From: an uncultured Acidobacteriota bacterium
Lineage (GTDB): Bacteria > Acidobacteriota > Blastocatellia > RBC074
Direction of reading: 5' to 3'
NCBI GenBank assembly: GCA_963796275.1
Contig: CAWCKY010000003.1
Span: forward strand, 384,001 to 448,000
Length of the DNA stretch: 64,000 bases
Made by a program: the position numbers and the translations under genes
The notes under the pieces: generated by a model
The model's database searches: none
What the model saw: the letters and a program-made list of their open reading frames with translations, nothing else
What the model was told of the DNA's origin: nothing
Shown here: piece after piece, positions 7,498 to 18,190 of the stretch
Layout of the letters: the number at the start of each line of letters is the position of its first letter
How positions within the stretch are numbered: position 1 is the first letter of the stretch

Positions 7498-10400
7498 ATG
7501 ATAGCCAATTTTTTCATCAATCGACCGATCGTGGCCATGGTTATCGCGATCGTAACTGTCATCGCCGGCCTCGTTTCGATGCGTTCGCTCCCGCTGGCGC
7601 AGTTTCCCCCAATTCTCCCGCCGCAGATCATCGTCTCGACGACATACACGGGAGCGGATGCAGTCACCATCGAACAGTCGGTCTCCACCCCGCTCGAACA
7701 GCAGATGAACGGCGTGGACAATATGCTTTACATGCACTCGACCAACGCCAACGATGGCAGTGAGTCGCTGACGGTCACGTTCGACGTAGAGACCGACGTC
7801 AATACCGATCAGGTCAACGTACAGAACCGGGTGGCGCAGGCGCAGCCGAATCTTCCGACCGATGTTAATCAATTTGGTTTGTCTATCCGGAAATCGACTG
7901 GCATCCCCATGATGGTCATCTCGCTCTACTCACCCAACAAGAGCTACAACTCGCTCTTCCTGGCAAACTACGCGAACATCAACGTCAACGACGCCATCTA
8001 TCGTGTTCCGGGAGTGGGCGAGGTCAGGCTGTTCGGCGCGAGCGATTACGCGATGCGGATATGGGTCAAGCCCGATGTGTTGGCCAAGTTGGGGCTGGCC
8101 GTTACGGATCTGGCCGGCGCCGTTCGACAGCAGAGCACAGTCAACCCGAGCGGTCAGGTCGGCGCCGAACCCGCGCCGAAGGGAAAGGAGATGACTTACA
8201 CCGTGCGGGCACAAGGCCGGCTCCAGACCCCGGAAGAGTTCGGCCAGATCGTTGTTCGCTCGAATCCCGACGGCTCGGTGGTCCGTTTGAAGGATGTGGC
8301 CCGCATTGAGTTGGGAGCTCTCAACTACCAGCAGATCGCGCGGATGAACGGCCAGCCGAGTTGCATCGTCGCAGTCTTTCAGGCGCCCGGGTCGAATGCC
8401 CTGGCCGTCGCGGAAGGCGTGAAGAATATGATGGAAGAGTTGAAGGGCCGGTTTCCTTCCGACTTGGATTATTTGATAACGCTGGACACGACGCTGCCGG
8501 TCACCGAAGGTATCAAAGAGATCATCAAGACATTGGTCGAGGCGATGATCCTGGTCATCCTCGTGGTATTTCTCTTCCTCCAGAACTGGCGCGCGACGCT
8601 CATCCCGATGATAGCGGTTCCCGTCTCGCTGATCGGCACGTTCGCCGTCTTTCCGATGCTGGGCTTCACGATCAACACCCTCTCGCTCTTCGGCCTGGTG
8701 CTCGCCATCGGACTCGTCGTAGACGACGCTATCATCGTCGTCGAAGCGGTCGAACACCACATCGAAGAAGGGATGTCGCCGCGCGAAGGCGGCGGTCGAG
8801 GCCATGAAAGAGGTGTCGGGACCGGTGGTGGCAATCGCGCTCATCCTCGCCTCGGTCTTCCTCCCTGTTGCGTTCATGGGCGGCATCCAGGGCCGGCTTA
8901 ATAATCAGTTCGCTGTCACCATCGCCATCTCTGTGCTCATATCGGCATTCAACGCGCTGACGCTTTCGCCGGCGCTGTCTGCGCTCCTGCTCAAACCCAG
9001 AAAGGAATCGAGAGGATTACTCGCCCGTTTCTTCGGTGGCTTTAACAGGTGGTTTTCGAAGGCGACGCACGGCTATGTCAACTGGAGCCACGCCTTGATT
9101 CGCAAAGCGGTTATCGGGGTTCTGATCCTGGCCGGCTTCGCGGTGGTGGATGGCCTCATCGGCAGAAAGCTTCCGACCAGCTTCCTGCCGGAAGAGGATT
9201 ACGGCTACATATTTCTCAATGCTCAGCTGCCACCTGCTGCTTCTTTGGAGAGAACGGACGAGGTGCTGAGGAAGATCGAGAATATCCTGGGAAAGACCGA
9301 GGGCGTGCGATCCTACAACACGATTGGGGGCTTCAGCCTGCTGACGCGTATTTCGGCTAGTTACCAGGGCTTCTTCTTCGTCGGTCTGAAGCCATGGGAT
9401 GAACGGGGCTCGCGAAAACTCGAAGCGCAGGGAATCGTCGCGGCTTTGAACCAGGAGATGGCGGCCCAGATTCCGGAGGCGATGGCATTCGCTTTCATGC
9501 CGCCTTCGATTCCCGGCCTCGGGAGCGCGGGCGGATTCTCGTTTTGGATTCAGGATCGCAGCGGCGGTACGGCGGATTTTCTCGACCAGAATCTTCAGAG
9601 ATTCCTCGAAGCTGCGCGCAAACGGCCGGAACTCACCGGAGTCGCTTCTCAGTTCTCCGCCTCAGTACCGCAAATATTTGCCGAGGTCGATCGCGACAAG
9701 GTCCTTAAACAGGGAGTGGCGGTGGCTGACGTTTATCAGACATTGCAGGCGTATCTGGGCGGGCTCTTTCTCAACCAGTTCAACCGCTTCGGCCGCCAGT
9801 GGCGCGTATTTCTGCAGGCGGAAGGGGAGGAACGCCAAAGCGATCAGGACATTCGCAACTATTTTGTCAGGAATAATGACGGGAATATGGTGCCGCTTTC
9901 GGCGCTGGTGACGACGCGCCGGATCAGCGGCCCTGAGTACACCAATCGCTTCAATCTTTTCCGCGCGGCTCAGGTAATCGGGAGCGCGGCTCCCGGGTAC
10001 AGTTCCGGACAGGCGATGACTGCGCTTGAAGAAGTTGGCGAAAGAAGTACTGCCGCCTGAGATGGGCTATGACTGGGCTGATCTCTCATACCAGGAAAAG
10101 ATGGCATCGGGAGCAGCTTTGACCTCGTTCGCACTTTCCATAGTCTTCGTCTTTCTGATCCTGGCAGCACTCTACGAGAGCTGGACGCTGCCGTTCTCGG
10201 TCCTGCTCACTGTGCCGGTTGCTATCTTCGGCGCATTCGCCGGTCTGTTGCTGCGAGGTTATGACCTCGATGTTTACGCTCAGATCGGCTTGATTGTGCT
10301 CGTGGGCCTGGCGGCGAAGAATGCCATACTGATCGTCGAGTTTGCGAAGCTCGAGTTCGAGAAGGGGCGAGACCTGGCGGAAGCCGCGCTAGAAGGCGCA

Positions 10401-10661
10401 CGTTTGCGCCTGCGGCCTATCCTGATGACGTCTTTCGCATTCATATTAGGTTGCGTGCCGTTGTGGATCGCATCTGGCTCTGGGGCTGCGGGTCGACGAA
10501 TCCTCGGCACCGTGGTGATCGTGGGAATGTTGGCGGCCACGATAATCGCCATCTTCCTCATCCCGGTGACATTTTATGTGGTCGAGAAGCTCTCGGGGGC
10601 CGCGAAGAAGCGCTCAGCCGGAGCTGAGCCTGAAGAGCCGGAACCGGCTCCGGGTGACTGA
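7498..10661 (+). pseudogene. HAE1-family RND efflux permease (AcrB-like) split by two +1 frameshifts (~8788, ~10037); pseudogene or sequencing artefact
   Basis: MIANFFINRPIVA start, [31 protein letters not shown] spread over three ORFs; deleting one G at each site restores REAAVEAMKEV and LEEVAKEVLP. Confidence 0.85.
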
Positions 10662-10911
10662 TGCCAATGAGATGCGAAATTTTAAATTTTAGATTTGCTT
10701 CGGGAGACTATTGGTATTTCGGTCGTCTGAAAAACTGAGAACTAATGTAACTGCTCAGCCTCTTCGCCGCGTTAGCGGCGGTTGATTGTAGCCGTGGGTT
10801 TTAACCCACGGAAGGCTTGAAGAATATTCCCGCGTCGCGTTAGCGACGCCTGAATTCAATCGTCGCTGACGCGACGTGAAAAAATCTACCGCCACCGTGG
10901 GTTAAAACCCA

Positions 10912-12302
10912 CTGGTATCTACACATTTCCGACGGTCAGGAATAGCCTGGCACAATGAGCCGGGCCATCTGTTTAAGGTCATTGAGGTCATAATGTTCGA
11001 GCAATTCAAGTGTCGACAAGAAACTCCAAAACCCAGCCAACAATGCTGGTGCAGTGGGTTGCCCACGCCGAACTTGTCGACCGCTCAATCGCACCAAGAG
11101 ATTGCGCAGGGTGACCGTCTGCGGATTCGTTGCGCGTTGGATGTGCCAGACTACGACACGAGCCATGGCCGCCACCAACAAACGTTTGGCAATCGCCTCA
11201 GCAGTTTCCTGCTGCCACTGGTCGACTTGGAAACCATGACTTTTAAGCAACTTGAAGTAAGATTCAATTCTCCAGCGCCAGTAGTACCATTCGGCCAGTT
11301 GCTCAGCGCTGATGCCAGCCGGCACGTTACTGAGCAAGTACCATTCAGCCGCAATCGTTTCATCGGGCAAGCGCAGTTGACAGACAATCAAGCGCAGTTC
11401 GAGCGGCTCACCTTTGATCCATTGACGCTTGCCCCCGTCGCGCGCGCGGGGAAAGGCCGGACGATCAATGACGATGCTGGTTTCGCCCACAAACAGTTGC
11501 CCAATGAGATTGGCCGAAATCTCTACCGCTTGGCTAGCGCGCAAGGCGACCTGTGCTGCGACCTGGCTCAACGGTTGTGTCCGCTCCTGCCAAACAACTC
11601 TCTGTTCCCCGTTGGCACGTACTTCAAACAGATGGCCTTCACTATTCCATTGACGATAGTGAAAGATCGAGTCGCCTTCCCGATCAATGATGTGGACCAG
11701 CGGCAACGACAGTTTTTGCTTCTGCGAAGCCCGCATTGTCTGGCTCACCAATCCCAGGGGCGACCAATCTCTGTGCCTCTCTTCATCAAGCGTTGTGTGC
11801 CATCCATCATTGGCCCACAGCCCAAGGCTGATCGGCGCTATCGGCGCCCCGCTCTGGTCGCTCAGCAGCAACGTGGTCGCCAGTTTGTAGCCCAAGTCGC
11901 TGCCGATTTTTTTCCGATCATTCTTGCTCGTATGCGTTCCGTAGCGCAGATCAGACCAGTCGTGGATCGCCAGTCCATACCGTCGACAGACAAGCGGCAT
12001 CTCCCGCCGAGCTTGTTCTACCAACGGTTCGACCAGCCCCGTCAGCTTCACATTGGGGTTGGCATAAAATCGCCAGGCCGCTTGCGTGCTGGCAAACGCT
12101 TCATTAACGCTCGGCAGCGCACGCGATCCAGCAGCTTGATTCTCGCTTGTATGGAGATGTTCATTCACCAGCCTCTCATACCGTCTTTGCAAACGGGGGT
12201 CAAATGGAGGTTTGAGGAGAAACATTCAAAGAGCATATTCTTCGGTAGGTTTGATTGCGATAACTCTTTGCAACCAAACGCAAAAACTTGTGTAGATACC
12301 AG
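10912..12302 (-). mobile_element. IS4-family insertion sequence (IS50/Tn5-like), ~1.39 kb
   Basis: Terminal IRs CTGGTATCTACACA / TGTGTAGATACCAG; flanking direct repeat TGGGTTAAAACCCA (10898-10911, 12303-12316). Exact TSD length is ambiguous because the target is palindromic. Confidence 0.92.
10936..12225 (-). CDS. IS4-family DDE transposase
   Basis: AAWRFYANP N-terminus, IHDWS, IIDREGD, WYLLSN, and YREK-type motif YYWRWRIESYFKLLKS. Confidence 0.93.
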   Translation of the reverse strand: MFLLKPPFDPRLQRRYERLVNEHLHTSENQAAGSRALPSVNEAFASTQAAWRFYANPNVKLTGLVEPLVEQARREMPLVCRRYGLAIHDWSDLRYGTHTSKNDRKKIGSDLGYKLATTLLLSDQSGAPIAPISLGLWANDGWHTTLDEERHRDWSPLGLVSQTMRASQKQKLSLPLVHIIDREGDSIFHYRQWNSEGHLFEVRANGEQRVVWQERTQPLSQVAAQVALRASQAVEISANLIGQLFVGETSIVIDRPAFPRARDGGKRQWIKGEPLELRLIVCQLRLPDETIAAEWYLLSNVPAGISAEQLAEWYYWRWRIESYFKLLKSHGFQVDQWQQETAEAIAKRLLVAAMARVVVWHIQRATNPQTVTLRNLLVRLSGRQVRRGQPTAPALLAGFWSFLSTLELLEHYDLNDLKQMARLIVPGYS

Positions 12303-12402
12303 TGGGTTAAAACCCACGGCTACAATCAACCGCCACTAACGCGGCGAAGAGGCTGAACGGATACAAATCTAAAATCTAAAATCTGTATTGCGGGAGATGA
12401 AG

Positions 12403-13815
12403 ATGAATACTCGATCTTTAACTGGAGTCATCATTCTGACACTCGTTGCGGGCTGTAGCGTCGGTCCCAAATACGGCAGGCCTCCCGTCACCCAACCCAC
12501 TGTTTACCGCGGAAGCGTTATTCCGGCAGCGGCTCCCAGCCTCGACTCGCTGGCTGATCTGAGATGGTTCGAGGTTTTCAAGGATGAACGGCTGCAGGAT
12601 TTGATCAGAGCAGCTCTCGTCAATAACTATGATCTGCGAGAGGCGGTCGCGCGGGTCGCCGCGGCCCGGGCCAATCTCGGTATCACCCGCTCCGACCAGA
12701 TCCCGAATCTCAATGCGGACCTCGATATAATCGTCCTTCGCAATTCGAGCAGCGGCCAGTTCGTATTACCCAGTGCGTTTCGGCGAGACCGCACATTCGG
12801 AACGACCGTTCTCAATCTGCTCTCCTTCGAACTCGATCTCTGGGGCCGCCTGCGCAGCGCGACCGAAGCCGCGCGCGCCGATCTGCTCACCGCTGATGAG
12901 AACCGCAAAGCCGTCATCACTACCCTCGTAAGTGACGTGGCTACTGCTTACTTCAATCTGATCGAACTGGATATGGAGTTGGAGATCGCCCAACGAACGC
13001 TGACGACCCGCCAGGAATCATTGCGGTTGATACGCATACGGGAGCAGGGCGGCGTCGCGACGATGTTGGATGTGCGCCAGGCCGAACAGTTGGTATACGC
13101 CGCGGCCCAGACAATCCCCGACATCGAGCGCTTGATCGAACAGACGGAGAATCAGATCAGCCTGTTGCTGGGTAGGAACCCCGCGCCAGTGGTTCGTGGA
13201 CTGGCTTTGACCGACCAGGAGCAACCGCCGTCAGTCCCGCCGGGGTTGCCCTCGTCATTGCTCGAGCGGCGTCCGGACATCCGGGCCGCGGAAGAGAACT
13301 TGGTAGCGGCCACTGCCATCATCGGTGTGGCAAGGGCGGCATACTTCCCCCAAATCACCCTCACAGGATTCATGGGGTTTCAAAGCAGTCAACTGGCTAA
13401 TATGTTCACCAGCTCGGGGACATATTGGACTTTTATGCCCCAGGTGACCCAGCCGATCTTTACCGGCGGCCTGATAAAATCGACTGTCAGACTTTCGGAG
13501 GCGGAGCAGCAGCTGGCGCTGACGCAGTATGAGCGGGCCATCCGGACCGGGTTCCGTGAAGTATCGGACGCACTCATCGAGTATCGCAAGGTCAAGGAGA
13601 TTCGCGTGCAGCAGGAAGGATTGGTGACCACTCTCAGAGACAGGTCGCGGTTGGCCTATATGCGGTACAGGGGCGGCGTGGATACGCTGCTCAACGCGCT
13701 GGACGCCGATCGCGACCTGTTCGCGGCGGAATTGAGTCTGGCGCAAACGCGGCGCAATGAGTTGCTCGCGCTGGTCCAGCTTTATAAGGCCCTGGGCGGC
13801 GGATGGCAGCAATAA
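12403..13815 (+). CDS. RND outer-membrane factor lipoprotein (NodT/OprM family)
   Basis: Lipobox LVAGC, SFELDLWGRLR, LLERRPDIRAAE, LYKALGGGW. Confidence 0.95.
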   Translation: MNTRSLTGVIILTLVAGCSVGPKYGRPPVTQPTVYRGSVIPAAAPSLDSLADLRWFEVFKDERLQDLIRAALVNNYDLREAVARVAAARANLGITRSDQIPNLNADLDIIVLRNSSSGQFVLPSAFRRDRTFGTTVLNLLSFELDLWGRLRSATEAARADLLTADENRKAVITTLVSDVATAYFNLIELDMELEIAQRTLTTRQESLRLIRIREQGGVATMLDVRQAEQLVYAAAQTIPDIERLIEQTENQISLLLGRNPAPVVRGLALTDQEQPPSVPPGLPSSLLERRPDIRAAEENLVAATAIIGVARAAYFPQITLTGFMGFQSSQLANMFTSSGTYWTFMPQVTQPIFTGGLIKSTVRLSEAEQQLALTQYERAIRTGFREVSDALIEYRKVKEIRVQQEGLVTTLRDRSRLAYMRYRGGVDTLLNALDADRDLFAAELSLAQTRRNELLALVQLYKALGGGWQQ

Positions 13816-14702
13816 GATTTTCTTCCCATCAATTTTTCAGAAAGCCGAGAATCTCCCAGCCACTCCTCGAATCGTGCGAGCCAGGTTGATACAGCGTTCC
13901 GATTCTTCTCGCGGAAGCCGAATCCGTGGCCAGCGCCGGAGTAAACATGAAACTCCGCGGGAACGCCCGCGTCTTTGAATTTCAGATATACTTCCGCCAA
14001 ACCGCGCGAGATGTCGGGCCGGTCGTTGAATCCGCATAGTAGAAAGGCAGGGGGTGATTCTTTGGTTACCTCGATTCTGCCGGAACTGCCGGGATATATG
14101 AGCGCCTGAAAATCCGGCCGCGAACTTTCGCGCTCCACTACATCTGCGGCCTCCTGGTTGCCGTTGAGGAACCGCATTCCGGAGAGCGCCGCGAGCTCCC
14201 CGCCGGCCGAAAATCCCATCACTCCTATGCGCGAGGTGTTGATTCCCCATTCCTGAGCCCGGCTGCGTACATATCGAATTGCCCTTTGAGCATCGGCGAG
14301 CGCGTGTACGTCAACTTTGTAGATCGATTCGGGTTCGCGCGCGAGCCGATATTTGAGGACGAACGCCGCAATGCCGCGGGCGCTCAACCATCTGGCTGCG
14401 TTGTGTCCCTCGTGATCGACCCACAATTCGCGATGACCGCCTCCTGGAGCGACGATCACCGCAGTGCCAGTGGCTTTTTCTTTGGATGGGAGGTAAGGGG
14501 TGATAGACGGTTTGTGCACATTCGACACGACGTGCTCACCGTCCTTGGTAATCCGGACCTTCTCATCACCTGCACCACCTGGGGATCCGGGTGCGCCATC
14601 AGGCCAGAGGGGTATCGCGCGCGGTACTTCCGCTCCTGGAAACGCCACCGGCGATAACAGTAATATAAAAACAATAAGTTGGAGTCTGAGTGGTTTCTTC
14701 AT
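13782..14702 (-). CDS. Secreted alpha/beta hydrolase (carbohydrate esterase-like)
   Basis: Signal peptide, PLWPDGAPG, APGGG oxyanion loop, GFSAGG nucleophile elbow, GHGFG. Confidence 0.9.
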   Translation of the reverse strand: MKKPLRLQLIVFILLLSPVAFPGAEVPRAIPLWPDGAPGSPGGAGDEKVRITKDGEHVVSNVHKPSITPYLPSKEKATGTAVIVAPGGGHRELWVDHEGHNAARWLSARGIAAFVLKYRLAREPESIYKVDVHALADAQRAIRYVRSRAQEWGINTSRIGVMGFSAGGELAALSGMRFLNGNQEAADVVERESSRPDFQALIYPGSSGRIEVTKESPPAFLLCGFNDRPDISRGLAEVYLKFKDAGVPAEFHVYSGAGHGFGFREKNRNAVSTWLARFEEWLGDSRLSEKLMGRKSYCCHPPPRAL

Positions 14703-14864
14703 ATGATCGAAAGGACGTCATTAATCCTCGCTCAGTTACGTTAATGATAAAACTTGTGACGAATTACAGAGGTGGACCGTATTAGCCGTATTGCGGAAAC
14801 CAAAATTTTATTCTAATTTGTGCAACCCAATCCATTTGTAAACCAGACCAACGGAGGACAAGAA

Positions 14865-16454
14865 ATGCAAGATAAGAAGATCACTCGACGGAGATTCGTC
14901 GCAGGTACAACCGGCGCCACGCTTGGAACTATGATCGTGCCGAGGCATGTGCTCGGTGGTACAGGCTACATCGCCCCGAGCGATAAGCTGAACGTTGCCG
15001 TAGTCGGGTGCGGCGGGCAAGGCGCTTCCGATGCAGCGGAACTGGTGACTGGTGGTCAGAATATCGTAGCGCTCGCCGACATCGACTTCGATTTCGTCGA
15101 TTCCGAGATGGAGCGGCGCGTGAAGGGGCGCGACGGTCAGACGAATCCGGCCTTCGTCAAATTGCAGGAAGCTTTCGCCAAGGCGAAGCGATACGCCGAT
15201 TTCCGCAAGATGCTGGAAGAACAGAAAGACATCGAAGCGGTGATCGTGGCCACACCCGACCACAATCACGCGGTAGTGGCGAAGACTGCTATGGAATTGG
15301 GCAAGCACGTATACGTCGAGAAGCCGATGGCATGGTCGGTCCATGAAGCTCGCGTGTTGCGAGAGACGGCCAAGCGCACCAAGGTGGTGACGCAGATGGG
15401 CAACCAGGGCCATTCGAGCGAAGAAGCGCGCCTCATCAACGAGTGGATTCAAGCCGGCATCATTGGCCCAGTGCGCGAGGTTCACGTCTGGACAAACCGC
15501 CCGATCTGGCCGCAGGGAGTGCCTCGCCCCGCCAAGTCCACGCCGCTGCCCGAAAGTTCGTCGCCGGTCGCAGGGTCCGGACAGATCCAGGGCTCGGGTC
15601 AGCAGGGAGCTGGGAGGCGGCAGTCGTCAAGCTCGGTCGGAGTCCAATGGTCACAGCGCCGCGTCAACCGAGAGACCGCGGCCGCGATTCTCGGGGACTA
15701 TTCAGCTCCATCGTCGCTCAATTGGGATATATTTCTGGGACCGGCGCCCGAGGTGGACTATCATCCGATCTATCATCCATTCAACTGGCGCGGGTGGGTA
15801 GATTGGGGGACAGGGGCGCTCGGCGATATGGGCGCACACCTGATCGATCATCCCTACTGGGCATTGGGACTGGGCTGGCCGACTGAGATCGAGGCCACGT
15901 CTACTCCCTGGGGGACAGACAGCAAGAACAACCCGGTCAGTCACCCGCTGGCGACCCAGGCGGTCTATCACTTCCCGGCTCGCGGAAAACAGCCCCCCGT
16001 CAGGATGATCTGGTGCGATGGCGGTCTGATGGCGCCGCGTCCGGACGTATTGCCGGAGAATGTCTCCCTGGAGCGCGGCGGCGGCGTGATAATCATCGGC
16101 GAGAAGGGAATTCTGATGCACGAGACTTATGGTAAGAACCCGCGCCTCTATCCCGAATCGCTGATGGAGCAGGCAAAGAAGGTCCCGCAGAAGTATGAAC
16201 GGATCGAGACTGACGAACGCAAGAATGCGCTGCACCGGATGAACTGGGCGAAGGCGTGCAAGGGGCAGGGCAAGGCGACGTCACCTTTCGAATATGCCTC
16301 GATGCTGACCGAGACGATGCTTCTCGGCATCGTGGCGCTGCGAACCGGCCAGGGTAAACAGATCCGTTACGACGGCGAAAACGGAAAGGTCACCAATGTT
16401 TCGGAGGCCAACCAATACCTGCATCGCGAATACCGAAAGGGTTGGAGCCTGTGA
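14865..16454 (+). CDS. Tat-exported Gfo/Idh/MocA oxidoreductase
   Basis: TRRRFV Tat signal, [28 protein letters not shown]; SD GGAGG. Confidence 0.93.
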   Translation: MQDKKITRRRFVAGTTGATLGTMIVPRHVLGGTGYIAPSDKLNVAVVGCGGQGASDAAELVTGGQNIVALADIDFDFVDSEMERRVKGRDGQTNPAFVKLQEAFAKAKRYADFRKMLEEQKDIEAVIVATPDHNHAVVAKTAMELGKHVYVEKPMAWSVHEARVLRETAKRTKVVTQMGNQGHSSEEARLINEWIQAGIIGPVREVHVWTNRPIWPQGVPRPAKSTPLPESSSPVAGSGQIQGSGQQGAGRRQSSSSVGVQWSQRRVNRETAAAILGDYSAPSSLNWDIFLGPAPEVDYHPIYHPFNWRGWVDWGTGALGDMGAHLIDHPYWALGLGWPTEIEATSTPWGTDSKNNPVSHPLATQAVYHFPARGKQPPVRMIWCDGGLMAPRPDVLPENVSLERGGGVIIIGEKGILMHETYGKNPRLYPESLMEQAKKVPQKYERIETDERKNALHRMNWAKACKGQGKATSPFEYASMLTETMLLGIVALRTGQGKQIRYDGENGKVTNVSEANQYLHREYRKGWSL

Positions 16455-16485
16455 TTTGTAAAGGGCAATCGCCTAAGTAGAGTCA

Positions 16486-16765
16486 CGACAAAGAGCAGAA
16501 CACAAAAACACAAAAGACACACCAAACGACACAAAGACAGGCGAGAACGCGAACTTTTTGTGTCGGTGTCTTTTGTGTTTTTTACTTTTGTGATGAAAAT
16601 TGAGCATATCGAACAAAGAGAGTTGCGGCCCGAGCGGAGTTAGGCTGAGTTGAGCGAAGGTTTTTTCGGAAATACCAGGAGAGCAGAACTGATCCACCAC
16701 AAAATTTCAGTCAAAAGAGCGACTCTCTATTTTGTGCCTTTGCCGACTATCTGTTTTTGTGGCGG
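16486..16765. repeat. Two degenerate CACAAAA.../...TTTTGTG asymmetric inverted repeats
   Basis: A-rich left arms (CACAAAAACACAAAAGACAC) paired with T-rich right arms (GTGTCTTTTGTGTTTTT) at ~16486-16592 and ~16695-16762. Confidence 0.6.
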
Positions 16766-16781
16766 ATCCTTCTCGCTATAT

Positions 16782-18080
16782 TCAGTTTACATCGACCGGG
16801 TCAAGTTTGGGCGCCAGCAGCTGAATGACCAGAAGCGCGATTAAATACGCGGAGCCTGCAATAATGAAGATCGGGACATAGCTGCCGGTCCATTGCAGGA
16901 TATAGCCGACGAGTGTGGCAATCAGCATTCCGCCGACCGCGCCGGCCATTCCGCCGATGCCGACGACCGAGCCGACGGCTTTGCGCGGGAACATATCAGA
17001 TGACGTGGTGAAGAGATTGGCAGACCATCCTTGATGCGCGGCCGCCGCCAACCCGACCAACAGTACCGCCACCCAGACATTCGAAGCGTTCGCCGCAAAG
17101 ACGACCGGAACGACGGAGACCGCACAGATGAGCATTGCGGTCTTGCGCGCGCCATTGACCGTCCAGCCCCGTTTTATCAAGGTGGATGACAGCCAGCCGC
17201 CGGCGACGCTGCCGACGTCTGCAATCAGGTAGACGACGATCAAAGGCAATCCGATGCTCTTAAGATCGATGCCGTAATTTTTGTTCAGGAAATCGGGCAG
17301 CCAGAAGAGATATATCCACCAGATCGGGTCGGTCATGAATTTGCCGATGGCGAAAGCCCAGGTCTGCCGATGAGGAAAAAGTCGTGCCCAGGGTACACTG
17401 GCCTCTTTGTCGGGTGGATCACTTTGAATGTGAGCGCGTTCCTTATCTGACAACCGGGCATGTTCTTCCGGACGCTGATATAGGGCCAGCCAGGCTATCA
17501 GCCAGAGAAACCCGATCAAACCGGTCAACACGAACGCCCATCTCCATCCATAAGCAAGAGTGATAGGTGGCACGATCGCCGCAGCGACAAGTATGCCGAC
17601 GTTCGTGCCTGCATTAAAAATGCCGGTAGCCAATGCTCGTTCGTTTTTGGGAAACCACTCGGCCACCGTTTTTATTGACGCCGGAAAGTTACCTGCTTCA
17701 CCCAGACCGAGGGCGAAGCGCCAGAAACTGAAACCCATGACGGTCGAGGCTAACGCGTGTCCCATTGCCGCGATGCTCCAGAATATAACGGACAATGAAA
17801 ACCCTTTGCGCGTGCCTAACCAATCCATGACGCGCCCGGCAAGGAGCAGGCCAATGGCATAGGCGGTCTGGAAAGCGATGACAACCCGACTGTAGCCGAT
17901 ATCATCCCAGATGCCTTCTTGTTGCAGAATTGGTTTGAGCGTGGCGATGACCTGGCGGTCGATGTAATTGATCGTCGCGGCAAAGAAGAGAAGCGCACAG
18001 ATGTACCACCGAAGACGTTTGATCGTGGATCTAACTCCAGCCGCGGTAGCAGTCTGGGCTGTGGTGATTTCTCGTTCCAT
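16782..18080 (-). CDS. exuT: MFS transporter, hexuronate (ExuT-like, ACS family)
   Basis: LRWYICALLFFAATINYIDRQ, GEAGNFPASIKTVAEWFP, KFMTDPIWW, AAHQGWSAN. Confidence 0.88.
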   Translation of the reverse strand: MEREITTAQTATAAGVRSTIKRLRWYICALLFFAATINYIDRQVIATLKPILQQEGIWDDIGYSRVVIAFQTAYAIGLLLAGRVMDWLGTRKGFSLSVIFWSIAAMGHALASTVMGFSFWRFALGLGEAGNFPASIKTVAEWFPKNERALATGIFNAGTNVGILVAAAIVPPITLAYGWRWAFVLTGLIGFLWLIAWLALYQRPEEHARLSDKERAHIQSDPPDKEASVPWARLFPHRQTWAFAIGKFMTDPIWWIYLFWLPDFLNKNYGIDLKSIGLPLIVVYLIADVGSVAGGWLSSTLIKRGWTVNGARKTAMLICAVSVVPVVFAANASNVWVAVLLVGLAAAAHQGWSANLFTTSSDMFPRKAVGSVVGIGGMAGAVGGMLIATLVGYILQWTGSYVPIFIIAGSAYLIALLVIQLLAPKLDPVDVN

Positions 18081-18147
18081 TTTGCCTCCGTATCGGTGCG
18101 GGTTTGCGGATGAAGATCAGAGCAGGTCTGTCTCAAAAAGCTCGCGT

Positions 18148-18190
18148 AGCATAATGCAGGGTTGACACGTGGTCAAACCATTTGGATAAT
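18148..18190. promoter_or_regulatory. Overlapping divergent sigma70 promoters with a FadR/GntR-type operator
   Basis: Plus strand: TTGACA(18162)-17-GATAAT(18185). Minus strand: TTGACC(18176)-17-TATGCT(18153). Palindrome TGGT-CAA-ACCA at 18170-18180. Confidence 0.65.

Larger units (their letters stand above)
10746..12365. repeat. REP-doublet/MITE-like palindromic element (~215 bp) interrupted by the IS
   Basis: Long inverted arms (TGTAACTGCTCAGCCTCTTCGCCGCGTTAGCGGCGGTTGATTGTAGCCGTGGGTTTTAACCCACGG at 10746-10811, and its near-complement at 10895-10911 + 12303-12365); internal hairpin 10833-10876; GTAG-led hairpin. Confidence 0.85.

Noticed and set aside
8780-10045. Programmed frameshifting or phase variation in the RND permease
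   Set aside because: Sites are GG doublets, not slippery heptamers or long homopolymers
13782-13815. 34-bp convergent overlap of the OMF and esterase genes
   Set aside because: Short convergent overlaps are common; the esterase tail is probably neutral extension
16473-16844. Small ORFs in the oxidoreductase-MFS spacer
   Set aside because: They translate degenerate repeats; no RBS or protein-like composition
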